From Anthoceros angustus (taxonomy: Eukaryota > Plantae > Anthocerotophyta), in the NCBI GenBank assembly GCA_010909165.1, contig VJWM01000025.1:1240001-1304000 (forward strand): DNA of 64,000 nucleotides, in the 5' to 3' direction. A model generated the notes under the pieces. The model searched no databases, was not told the DNA's origin, and saw only the letters and a list, made by a program, of their open reading frames with translations. Positions 1 to 10,749 of the stretch are shown here, piece after piece. Numbering within the stretch: the first letter of the stretch is position 1; every line of letters starts with the position of its first letter. A program made the position numbers and the translations under genes.

Positions 1-114
1 ACGGAGGGAAATTTGCTACTATCTGCTATGGCTGAAGATGGGTCATATGGGTTCCTACGATATGCGGATTGGATGGTACAAACATTCAGGCAAGTCATGC
101 AACAGGCTCCATGA
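1..114 (+). CDS. SEC24: 3' terminal coding fragment of a Sec24 (COPII) paralog; gene continues beyond the left edge
   Basis: Frame 1 reads [37 protein letters not shown], near-identical to the C-terminus of the Sec24 gene at 46662-46775 (-) ([37 protein letters not shown]). The 3' flank to ~302 also aligns. Confidence 0.85.
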   Translation, partial: TEGNLLLSAMAEDGSYGFLRYADWMVQTFRQVMQQAP

Positions 115-1013
115 GTAGCAAGGGATTCGCAGGGTGATGTTGTTGGAGGGATCGCACCCTGAAAGGGCAGTTCGTAATAACCTCACACATCCAAGCACGT
201 CAATGGGAGGATTGCATTTTTTCAAGGCAACGCATCTCCGGAGCTGTCATTGCTAGTTTGAACCTGGCAGGCTGAGGGTGATGCCCTCGGTGTAAACCGC
301 TAAACTTTCTCACAAATGCAGCTGTGCACAAGTCCATGTGATCCCTACGTTGCTTGATGTAAACCTTTGGGTGCTACCGATCTGTGCAAGTGACGAGATT
401 GCAATAGTCACTTGCACAGATTGGAGCTGTAACTTAAAAGTGACAATGACGAGATTGTCTGACAAGCCTTGGGTGGAGGTCGGCTGCTGCTTTGGGCCCA
501 GGGGTGGCTTTGGTAGTAAAAGCGGTGTAGAATGTGACGCAAGACCGAACGTCACCTGCCTTTACTGCAACTCTCGGAGAACCAATTAGCAGACTTTTTT
601 GTGTGATCTTTACCACCGGCGCAAAAGAAATCCCCTGCCAGAAGTTTGTCCTAACAAAGACGGCCTTTTCCTCTCGTCCACAAGAAGAAGAAGAATTATT
701 CTATTTAAGTCCACTAAGGACGGATTTCCGTCATGGGACTTGGTACTTAACAACTTGTACCATGGTGTGCCTAAGCTACTTGCACCAAGGGCATCCACAA
801 GCAAGGATATTATTGCCCACCACAATACGAATTTAGAATAGAGGAACAGTCTAACTTGTAACTAGCTTCGTAACTATGTCAACTAGTCCCACCAGCAATT
901 CTCAATTTGTTAGCCTAAGATTTATCGGGTTGAGAACCTGAATGCATCATTGGAGAATAGATGGGTTGGGTCCGATCACGCTTGCAATCTCTTTGTGACA
1001 ACCTGTATGTTGC

Positions 1014-1180
1014 GGCAACATTAGCCACAATGAAGTAGGGCTTAATCATGAAATTGAAGCAACGTTAGTCACAATGAAGTAGGACTTCATCACGGATTTG
1101 AAGCAACGTTAACTGCAATGAAATAGGACTTCATCATGGATTTGAAGCAACTTAGCCGCAATAAGTACTTAGACTTGATC
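1014..1180. repeat. Degenerate ~42-bp tandem repeat, about 4 copies
   Basis: Unit gcaac(g/a)ttag(c/t)cacaatgaagtaggacttcatcatggatttgaa recurs in tandem. Confidence 0.7.
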
Positions 1181-1340
1181 ACATTTGTCGGGCTTCAGGC
1201 CTTTGCACAAGAGCCAGTGAGTTTGTGGAGAGCTAGCAATCCTTCGGCCCATAACTTGAGGCAAAAAGCGCGAATAGAGGGTCATTTGTTTTACTAGAGG
1301 GCCGAGGAGATGGTATTCAATTTGTAAATTAGTTTACTCA

Positions 1341-1452
1341 GCATGGGCTAAGTGTCCATAGTGTGCTTGCATGGGCTAAGTGTCCTTGGTGTGCCTGCAT
1401 GGGCTAAGTGTCCTTGGTGTGCTTGCCTGGGCTTAGTGTCCATGGTGTGCTT
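1341..1452. repeat. 28-bp tandem repeat, 4 copies
   Basis: gcatgggctaagtgtccttggtgtgctt at 1341, 1369, 1397 and 1425 with minor variants. Confidence 0.85.
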
Positions 1453-2173
1453 GCTAAGGTAAGCAAAAAGTTGTCAAAGGGTTGACATTATGTTTGAAGC
1501 TATGTTGGAACTTTAATGCAAGTGTGCATATTAGTGAAGGAGTGAGGACTAATGAAAGAAATCAACTTGGAGAAACAACAAGGTCTTCTTTTTTATTTAA
1601 TTTGGGAATTGCAAATAAATAAATTTTTACCATGGGAGAAAACTTGTATTGTGACTTCCCTTACCATCGCATCCGTAAAAACTAGGCCTAGTTAACGGGG
1701 CCCGTGCGCTCAATGACCCTTGTTTCTGGAACGAATTAAAGGTATTTAAATGTAAGAGAAAATTTTTTCTTAATTATATTTTTCTATATTTATATTATAA
1801 TAGTAAGTAAAATCTAGAACAGCAAGGTGATTCATCCTTTGTTGCACGTGATGTTAGTGGTGGTATGGATATTACAATTGTTCAAAACAACCCCCGGAGC
1901 AAATCGATACTTGACATTAGGAGACCCACATCATCTGGGCGTAGGTGCTCGGTCAATTGAAAACCTTTTTAATCATGCGCTGCCAAGAGTCGATGGAGCT
2001 ATGGACTCTTCAGAAGTGTTTCATTATCTTCAAAGATAATTTTTTGCTTAAGATTTGCATCACTTATAACATGCCTGTAAGAAAACTGATTAACACAAAG
2101 CACAAAAAATACAATTAAACAAGCACAATAGAGCAAATACATAGCAACAAAAAAGTTACCCATCCAGAGTTAG

Positions 2174-2404
2174 TTTCAATATAATTGAAAATATGCAGAA
2201 TGTTTTAATATAAATTGATTGAACTACATTTTCTTGATATATGTGTGTATATATGTTCATAAAAGAACTCAGTGTTTTAAACAACAGCCTGCTTATGAAA
2301 CGATGCTATCCAAATGTCGTAACCCTAATGAACCGGTGTGTAGGTATTTAACTTAACTTAACTACCAAAGCCCTAATCATTATTCCAGCACATATATCTT
2401 AATA
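2174..2404 (-). repeat. 3' LTR (231 bp)
   Basis: Matches 8935-9167 apart from 2 substitutions and 2 homopolymer indels. Confidence 0.95.
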
Positions 2405-2663
2405 CTCCCACTTGCTGGTAATGATTCGCACGCTTCTAGACATTTGGTACCCTCTCGCTACTCCCGTGAACGCAACTTGAATCAAGATACTCGAATCGCC
2501 CACCGCAAGCCGCCACATAACACTTATGGAGAGTATACAAACCGGTGTGATGGCGGTAGAGCTGAAGTGCGCCGCACTTATAACCCTGTTGTTCTTGGTT
2601 TCAAGATTGCTCAGTGAGCTCATCAGCCAAAAGATCGAACACCTTCTGATTGCTGCCGCCAGC

Positions 2664-3463
2664 ATGTCTTCAGATCCCTCTGATCACACACCTGGGCGCC
2701 GCCGCCACAACCGTGATGCTCTGGGGCGATTCGCGCCAAGGACAACTACCAAAGATATGAAGTCGAAGCTTGATGGTGTCAGCGCAAAGAGGAAGGTTGG
2801 GCGGCCGCAAGGAACAACGAAAAGCTTTCTGGAGCGGCGCAAGCTTGACGCGCTGCGGGTTGAAGCCAACATGGCTGGTCCTTCCATCAATCAGCGGCGA
2901 TCATCACTCCTCAGGAACGAGAGGAGAAGGAGGAGGTTATGCCCTTCATCAGGGTGCTGAACCTGGATGTCTCATATTACAGCAACGGCTGCAAGAGCCG
3001 TGTGCCTGTGAAGCTTCCGGAACCCATCAGCTACGATGAAGAAACTCTGATTGTGACTTGCGGCACACGTGAGTTTCCATGTTCTCCAATCTGGTACAAA
3101 GCTTGGGTTGGCCTTGATGAGCTAACTATAAAGAGGGTGAAGGTTCTTCACGCAGATGTCACCGGACACGCCGCCGTGTATGTAAGTGTCCGCCCTCTTT
3201 AGTCTGCTTGTTCTTGACAATTGTTTATATCTCCCACTTGTTGGGTGCAGAGTCCACAAAGAAGATTAAGGAGGAAAGGAGGCTGGAGGATGAAGAGAAG
3301 GCTTTCGGTTCAGAGTGAAGCCACACCAAAAAGATCCGTCGCCCGACACCGATTTCAAGACTGATACTGAAGATGAGTCAACTCACGATGTTTTACAGTC
3401 AGGAGTTGGAATAGAGATTCAGGATATTACTGATTCTGATAGCTCTAACTCCTCGGGCTTTTA
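2664..3463 (+). CDS. Antisense extra ORF between pol and the PPT, unknown function
   Basis: ATG at 2664, basic AT-hook-like KRKVGRPQG, continuation in ORF 2939-3202, a GTAAGT...TGCAG intron-like segment at 3182-3250, and an acidic tail. Needs frameshifts to join. Confidence 0.4.
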
Positions 3464-3476
3464 GGAATATTGTGTG

Positions 3477-6400
3477 TTACTCTGAACTGGATAGGAGAGC
3501 TTCTGCCTCTCCCATTCCCAAACGCTGCATGTGCTTGTGATGAGCTTCTTTGCTCAAAGCCTTTGTTAGTAAGTCCGCTGAGTTGTCCTGTGTCGGAACA
3601 TATTGCAAATCTATTTTCCCTTCCGTCACAAGCCCCCTTATATAGTGGTATTCAACCTCCACGTGTTTTGTATGTGCGTGAAACACTGGATTTCTTGCTA
3701 ATGCCATTGAGCCCTGATTGTCTGTGTGGATTGTTGTGCAAGTAGGTATCTGAATTCCTAATTCCTTGAACAAAAGCTTACACCACACTATTTCTTTTCA
3801 GACCACGGCCTCTGTTGAAGAAAGGGCAACTGCTGGTTGCTTCTTACTAGACCAGCATACAGGCCCTCCAGCAACTGAAATGACATAGCCTGAAACTGAT
3901 TTTCTACTGTCTATGTCTCCTGCATAGTCTGAGTCTGTAAATACCTCAAGATCTTGAGGCTTTCCTTTTATTCTTATAAGCTATGCCAATTTTTGCTGTG
4001 CCTTTGAGGTAACGGAAGGCACGTTTCAAGTTTGTCCAGTGTTCCTTCCCCGGGTTTTCCAAGAACTGTGAGAGCACACTGGTGGTATATGCAACTTCTA
4101 GTCTTGTAGTATTGCTTGCATATATCAGTTTGCCTACTCCTTGCCTGTAAGGAACTCCTGTCATTTGCTCCTTGTCTTCTTGAGTTGAAGGTGACATGAG
4201 CTTGCTAAGTTTCTGACCAAATGGCATAGGTGTTGATACAGGTTTTGCATCCTTAAGACCTAGTTGCTCAGCACAATCTAATAGGTAACGGGGTTGTGTT
4301 AGTGTCATTACACAAGTCTGCCTATTTCTTTGAACATGAATTCCTAGACAGCTCTGTAAAGGTCCTAGGCAATTCATTTTGAATTTTGTTGCTAACACAT
4401 CTGTTATACTTGTGATGAAGGTCTGACTATTACTTGATAAAATCAGGTCATCAACGTAAACTGCCAAGTAGCATATGACATTCCCTTTGAGGTAAATATA
4501 CAAGCTACTATCTGCTTGACTCTTGGTGAACCCTAGCTCTAGCAATTGCTTTAGGGCTGCATTCCATTTCATGGTCGATCGCTTTTAAGCCGTATAGACA
4601 CTTGATTAGTCTGCAAGCTTGGTGCTCTTTTCCTTTAACCACATATCCAGGTGGCTGCTGCATGTAGATTTCAACATCTAACTTTACATATAGAAATGTT
4701 GTTTTCACGTCATACATCTGCAGCTCATAGTTAAACTGTGTGGATATGGCCAGGATGATTCTGAGAGTTGAAAGCTTGACCAGTGGAGAGAAAGTTTCAA
4801 GATAATCCAATCCAGGGATTTGGGAGAAGCCTCTTGCAACCAAGCGAGCTTTATACCTGTCAAAGGTACCATCTGCTTTTACTTTCAGCTTGAAAACCCA
4901 CTTACAAGTCACCATTTTTCCGCTGGAGGTAAGTCTACAAGCTCCATGTTCCATTTTCAATTAATGAGTCATACTCATACGAATAGCCTTCTCCCACTCT
5001 TTGTGATCAGTCGCTAAGTGCCTCCTCATATGATTGAGGTTCAATGGGATCAAGGAAGAATTATCAGCATGAACCGCCACATGAGAAGAAGGATTCACAA
5101 GTCCGGAGCTTGATAAAAGTCCGAGGCGCCTATGACGAGTAGGATACGCCGGGATAGTGAGCAAAACTTGATGATCGTCAAGGTCACCGCATTCTCGCAA
5201 CTGGTCTTGTTCGTACAACTTGTTCAGGAGGATGTTGGTCCTGTAAGTCCAGCTCCTCATGCTGATTGTCAGGTGCATTGATATGTGCAGGTTCTGCAGC
5301 TGCTATGTCCTCAACATCAACCAACTCAAAACCAGCTGCTGGATCTTCCCCACCTGCAGGAACAATGTCCTCCAGAGGAACAACCTGTGTGCTATGATCA
5401 GATTGATCAAAAGAAGTGTCATCATCCATTGGAGCGATGTCCACGTCTTGAACAGCTCCCACTGAGACCCAATTTTGGTTTTCATTGAAGGTAACACTCC
5501 TTGCATAAACAACTTTGTTCTTAGATACATCATAGAGCTTATAAGCTTTAATTCCTTCCGTAGCCTAACATAAGTAGCTTTCTGGCCTTATCAAACAGCT
5601 TTTGCCTTTTCTCTTTAGGTATAAAAGCATATGCAACACATCCAAATGTGCGCAAGTGAAGAATAGAAGGCTTTCGCCTTGTGAAGGCTTCAAAGGGGGT
5701 CAGGCCTATGACAGAAGTAGTTGGCAACCGGTTCTTAAGATAAGTTGCGGTCATTATAGCTTCTGCCCAGTATGGCAATGGAAGTTGTGCTTGATATAAC
5801 AAAGAATATGTCATTTCTTGCAGGGTAAGATTAAGGCGCTCAACAACTCCGTTTTGCTGAGGAGTGTAAACTACTGTCAGCTGGCGACCAATTCCCTCAG
5901 CTAAACAGTAAGCCTGAAATTCATTGGAGGTAAATTCTCCCCCGTTGTCGATCTTAAAGTTTTGAGTTGTTTTCCACCATCTTTCAGCATACTTGATGTA
6001 TTCTCTCAAGTGACCAAACACTCACTTTCTCGCTTCAATATGTAGGTGGTGACAAACCTTGTCTTATCATCGAAAAGTTAGGAAGTATCTACCACCTCCT
6101 ATGGATTCTTGAGATAAAGGTCCACACAGATCAGTGTACTAGTTCTAGAACCTCGGAGGCTCTATGTGGAGCCTTATTTCAAGGCTTCTTGATGCCTCTT
6201 TGAGAAAACACAAGACTCACACAGGGAAGTGATGCCAACGCCCTATAGGCCCATCCCGGTAAGATTACTAACAGAAGTTTCAAGTTTTCGAATGTGAATG
6301 ACCTAATCGCTTATGCCACAACTTAACTTTTTCTGCATTTGTGCGTCGTGTGGCATCTTGTGTTAGATTGGAAGTTGGTACACTCATGCGTATGGAGACG

Positions 6401-7750
6401 AAACAAATCTGTCGATGACCCATAGGCAGGTACTTTATTGTGATTAAATGCATCCAGTACTTGACATTCTGCATGTGTAAATAGAATGTGACAATGATTG
6501 TCAGCATTGAGCTTTCTGACTGAAATCAAATTCCGAGTCATGTCTGGAACATAGTAGACATCATATACTGTTAACACATGCCCTGATGGAACTGGCAGGT
6601 CTATTGTGCCACGACCAGGAGACACTAGGGATCTATCATCACCTAGGTACACATACTGATCCTTAAATGTTTTATATGTTTTGAATGATCCTTTATCAAA
6701 ACAGATGTGGGCTGTCGCCCCTGTGTCTAGATACCAATCTAACATAGGTCTAATCTTTGTATTTGCTGACAGGCTAGCAAGATACAAGAATGAACTTGTT
6801 GCAAATACAGTTGTACCCACAGTGAGGGCTGAAGGGGTCGGTTGTTTCTTCACAACCACGTGAGTTTCAGCACTAGATGAACCCTCCTTGCGAGGAACAC
6901 CTGCCTGCTTTTTCCGACACTCCCGTTCCCAATGACCAGGTAACTTACACCAGTTGCAGTTGCCTGTCCTTTTTGGTTTTCCTTGGTTAGCTCCTCGTCC
7001 TTGTGAGCCACCACCCCTAGAAGAGCTACCTCTAAAACTGTTGTAGGGTCTTCCTCCACCACGTCCTCTGTTGGACGTATAGAGTGCTTGTTGCTTGCCT
7101 GTTCTCCTATGAGATTGTCTTGTTGCTTCTTCTTGCAATAGTGCTCCAACTAATTCTGTAAATGTGGTTTCTGGCAGGGTCACATTTGAAGCCTTTGCCA
7201 ACTTTTCAGTTTGGAGCTTAGAAGCATTAAAGGAGGTCACAAAATGTGACCAGGATTCTGGAAGTGATATGAGGAAGTAAAGGGCAAGCATATCATCCTT
7301 GATAATCTCATTTGATGCACTTTCCAGCTTTGAAACAAGAGTTCTGAAGTGTCCAAGGTGTTTCTCTATTGATTCACCATCTTTCATCTTGCAAAGTTGT
7401 AAATTTCGCAAGGTCACATCATCCGACTTGTCGATTGTGCATACAAGTCTCAAGTCCGAACCAGATATCTGCTGAAGTTGTACATCCAGATGTCTGTCTC
7501 AGCATCTCTGAGGTAAGACCACTCCGGATGAGGAACATGGCTGCTTGATCTTTGGCATCCCATGTTTCAGTAATCTATTTTCATGTTGTGGGCGGAGTTG
7601 AGACTACTAGGAGCTCTCTTCCCAATAACCACCTTCCGAGTTTCTTATTCGTAAGGCTCCCTTCATGGATTACCCATATGTCGTAATCCCGCCCACCAAA
7701 CCTATCTTTTCCCTAAACCCTTCCCCACCAAACTAGATGAGGATCACCAT
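3477..7750 (-). pseudogene. Copia gag-pol polyprotein broken by frameshifts and stops
   Basis: Zn knuckle CNWCKLPGHWEREC, protease WYLDTGATAH, pre-integrase LWHKRLGH, integrase IDNGGEF and TPQQNGVVER, RT YKARLVARGF and YVDD, RNase H HTDNQGS and HTKHVEV, spread across several ORF pieces. The 5' boundary is approximate. Confidence 0.92.
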
Positions 7751-7861
7751 TTTATTCCTTTGTGTTTTGGGTTAGCTACTCCCAAGACACTAAGATTCTA
7801 AAGTGGTCAGAAGGTGGGTTTAATATATCGTGACTTGACACATGCTATTAGGTCAGCAAGG

Positions 7862-8575
7862 TCAGAGGATATTGACAGCATTAGCAGGTATGTCTCCTGC
7901 AGACTCTTGTTCTCTTAGTCTGTTTACTATTCTGTGATTTCTTATTTCCCACTTATTGAATGCATACACTGAGCAGGAAGGGCATGAGTTTGGAACACCA
8001 AACATGTGTTTCTTACTTGCTTTCTTAGCGTGCTTACAGGCTACTTCTCTGTATACAGGATTAGCGAGTAAAACAGGCTTCAACAAGGTAAAAGTTTGAA
8101 ATCCAGATGTGATATCTGTTCCTGCAAGTCTCTAACATCTACACTAGTTGCTGAGACCTTTTGTAGTATACTACTGAAACGAGTATCTACATGTTCTTGA
8201 TGTGCCTCAATTCTGTTTACTAATTGAGTAACACTTGTGGCAGGTGCAACATGTGTTGTTAGAAAACCTCTTTGTATACCATTACCATCAAAGGCTCTCT
8301 GAACACGCACCTCAGGTAGATTATCTGGATTCCTCGGTGGGAGAACAAGTACCAAATGGCGCTGATCTGGAAAGAGAACTTCAATCAAGGTATTAAACGA
8401 TTCTCTTACTTCCAGAGAAAGCACAGGTTGATTTTGTGCATGAGCAATCCATTCGAACTTGTTGATGAAGTTGCTCGCTATTATTTCTGCTTCTTGCCTC
8501 TGTAGAGATTTTGATTTTGAATTCTCTCTGCAGGGCGAGGCTCCCACTGGCGCCCATCGAGGCGATTAGCCATTC
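7862..8575 (-). CDS. Extra ORF upstream of gag (probably frameshifted), unknown function
   Basis: Overlapping ORFs 8080-8547 and 7862-8086 lie between PBS and gag; coiled-coil-like stretch followed by CKH..H..CPSC. Confidence 0.4.
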
Positions 8576-8922
8576 ATCAGACCAAGTTGTATGTTGTTAA
8601 ATGCTTTCTTTAGACATTATCTTTTTCTATAATTATATTAATACGTTTCTTGCAGATTAGGTAGTTGTCCTTGAGCATTTCTTCTGAATTTGCTTGAATA
8701 GCAAATCAGGAAAAGTGCACAAAAATTACTGCCTTATGTGCCAAGAATTGTATTCAAAAATCTATAGAAAAATAAAACAACATAAACTTGTCTTCTTGTT
8801 TTTCTGTTTTTATCTTCTTGATAAAGCATACATTATCTAAATCAAGAACTATAAAACTATATGTAATGCATCTTTTCAATGCATTTCTCAATGTAAATAG
8901 CAAACAATTAAATCTGCATATT

Positions 8923-8934
8923 GCTCTGATACCA
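8923..8934 (-). promoter_or_regulatory. Primer binding site complementary to initiator tRNA-Met
   Basis: TGGTATCAGAGC, the standard plant copia PBS. Confidence 0.9.
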
Positions 8935-9167
8935 TTTCAATATAATTGAAAATATGCAGAATGTTTTTAATATAAATTGATTGAACTATATTTTCTTGAT
9001 ATATGTGTGTATATATGTTCATAAAAAGAACTCAGTGTTTTAAACAACAGCCTGCTTATGAAACGATGCTATCCAAACGTCGTAACCCTAATGAACCGGT
9101 GTGTAGGTATTTAACTTAACTTAACTACCAAAGCCCTAATCATTATTCCAGCACATATATTTTAATA
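8935..9167 (-). repeat. 5' LTR (233 bp)
   Basis: Followed directly on the - strand by the PBS; TSD GTTAG at its outer edge. Confidence 0.95.
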
Positions 9168-9172
9168 GTTAG

Positions 9173-10200
9173 ATGACATCTTGGGAGGATAGGATGAAGC
9201 ATTTAGCTGTTACAGTTGTTGTTGTTTCTTCTGTTCTTAATTGTTGTTGCTTCCTCTCCAGAATTCTTTGATATTGGAATTCAAAACTTTCTCTTTATGC
9301 TTTCGCAAATAAATCTTCCTTTAAAACAACACTTGTTGGCTTTACTCCAATTTGAAATGCCTCAACAAGGATAACAAAACCATCCAAACCCTTAGGCTTA
9401 GAACTGACATTAACCTTAGAATCTCAACCAATTGCACCGAGAGGAGTTTCAGCAATAATAACCTCCTCAAACTGAACAGGTCTAGGTTTATTAGTAGCAA
9501 GGCCTGAATCAATAAATAATACAACATGCATGTTTTCACAATGAACAACATACATGCAAGAATAGAACAAACATGTAACAATAAAATAGAAGAAGAGAAA
9601 TAAAAACTGATGAAAAGGAACCTCAAAGTTACCTCTTGAACAACATTTCCTTCAAGCTCGCCATATCCTTCAGCCTCGATATATTCTCAGGATCCCCACA
9701 TTCACTTTAGAGATTAAAATGGCTGGCTAAAGCACAAAAAAATATAAGGCTAACCAAGTGAATAATAGATAATGAAGAGTATAAATGCAGTGTTAGCGCA
9801 CTTCCAACTTAGAGAGAAATAAATGGTCTACGAGGGAAATCTATAGACACACCGAGGTTGAGAGTCTGTAACTGAAGTTAGACATTGTACAACAGAGACC
9901 GACCTAAAAACCAAAGAAAAACTCTTACAATTTAAACATGGTCTACAACCAGTCGAGAGAAATAGCATCAAAGACACCAATGGGCGAAGCGTTTACATGC
10001 ATAAACCTCTAACTCATAGAACATATTAAACCACACAAACTTTTACCTGGGTACGAAATCAGCTGGCCTACAAAAACCAAGAGATTCGACTGCTTGCAGA
10101 CCTTGGATCACGAACTAGAGAACAAAAGGTTGTTACACCCTCAAGCGAGAAGGCAAAAAGACCTAACTCCACACCTGCGAGGAACGAGGGAAAACAAAAT
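9173..10200 (-). pseudogene. Degenerate multi-exon coding remnant interrupted by the copia insertion (continues at ~1830-2168)
   Basis: AG/GT-bounded exon-like blocks on the - strand (FEEVIIAETPLGAIG*DSKVNV...) with in-frame stops. No family recognised. Confidence 0.3.
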
Positions 10201-10749
10201 GTAAGTAAAATTACCAAAAAGGCAACAAGTGAGCAGCAGTGCAGATCAACAAACTAGTGAATTCCGAGAATTAGAGGTCTTGCAGATGCATAAAGCACAT
10301 CAGACAAAGCATCAAATTCAAAGAAAACCGAAACACATTGATCTATAGACAAATTGCTACGGAACCTACCCGAGATGCTGCAAAACCAAGCCTGCAGTGC
10401 TGTAGAAGCCTAACCACCCTAGCTGGGATAAACACTGCGATTAGAAAACCACATCAGTGCTCCACAACAAAACGAACAGGGGAAGAGAGTCCCAAAAGTT
10501 GTTCTTCCACACACAAAGAGCTAGGGGAATTGGAAGCTGACACTCGGGACCCAATGCAAGCTTTTCACTATGTCCTAAAGGCCTTTAGAAATTCACCCAA
10601 GAAAGAGAAAATGAATGTGCAGTCTATTTGCTTAGACAACACCACGCCTAAATGTTCTCAATATGGCACAGCCTGTTTTGTTCCAGGTTAGGCCAAGCCT
10701 ATTCTGTGCCAGGTTTCTGCGCTAGGGCGTTCCTCCGGGCGACAAGTAC

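Larger units (their letters stand above)
2174..9167 (-). mobile_element. Full-length Ty1/copia LTR retrotransposon
   Basis: Direct LTRs at 2174-2404 and 8935-9167. 5-bp TSD GTTAG at 2169-2173 and 9168-9172. PBS TGGTATCAGAGC (-) at 8923-8934. PPT GCAAGTGGGAG (-) next to 2404. Domain order is gag-PR-INT-RT-RH. Confidence 0.95.

Noticed and set aside
1341-1452. 28-bp repeats and the ~65-bp array as a possible CRISPR
   Set aside because: No unique spacers, no cas genes, and a eukaryotic context.
1830-1900. VLNNCNI on the - strand, reminiscent of Crypton/DUF3504 C-terminal motifs
   Set aside because: Too short, and no tyrosine-recombinase catalytic motifs were seen.
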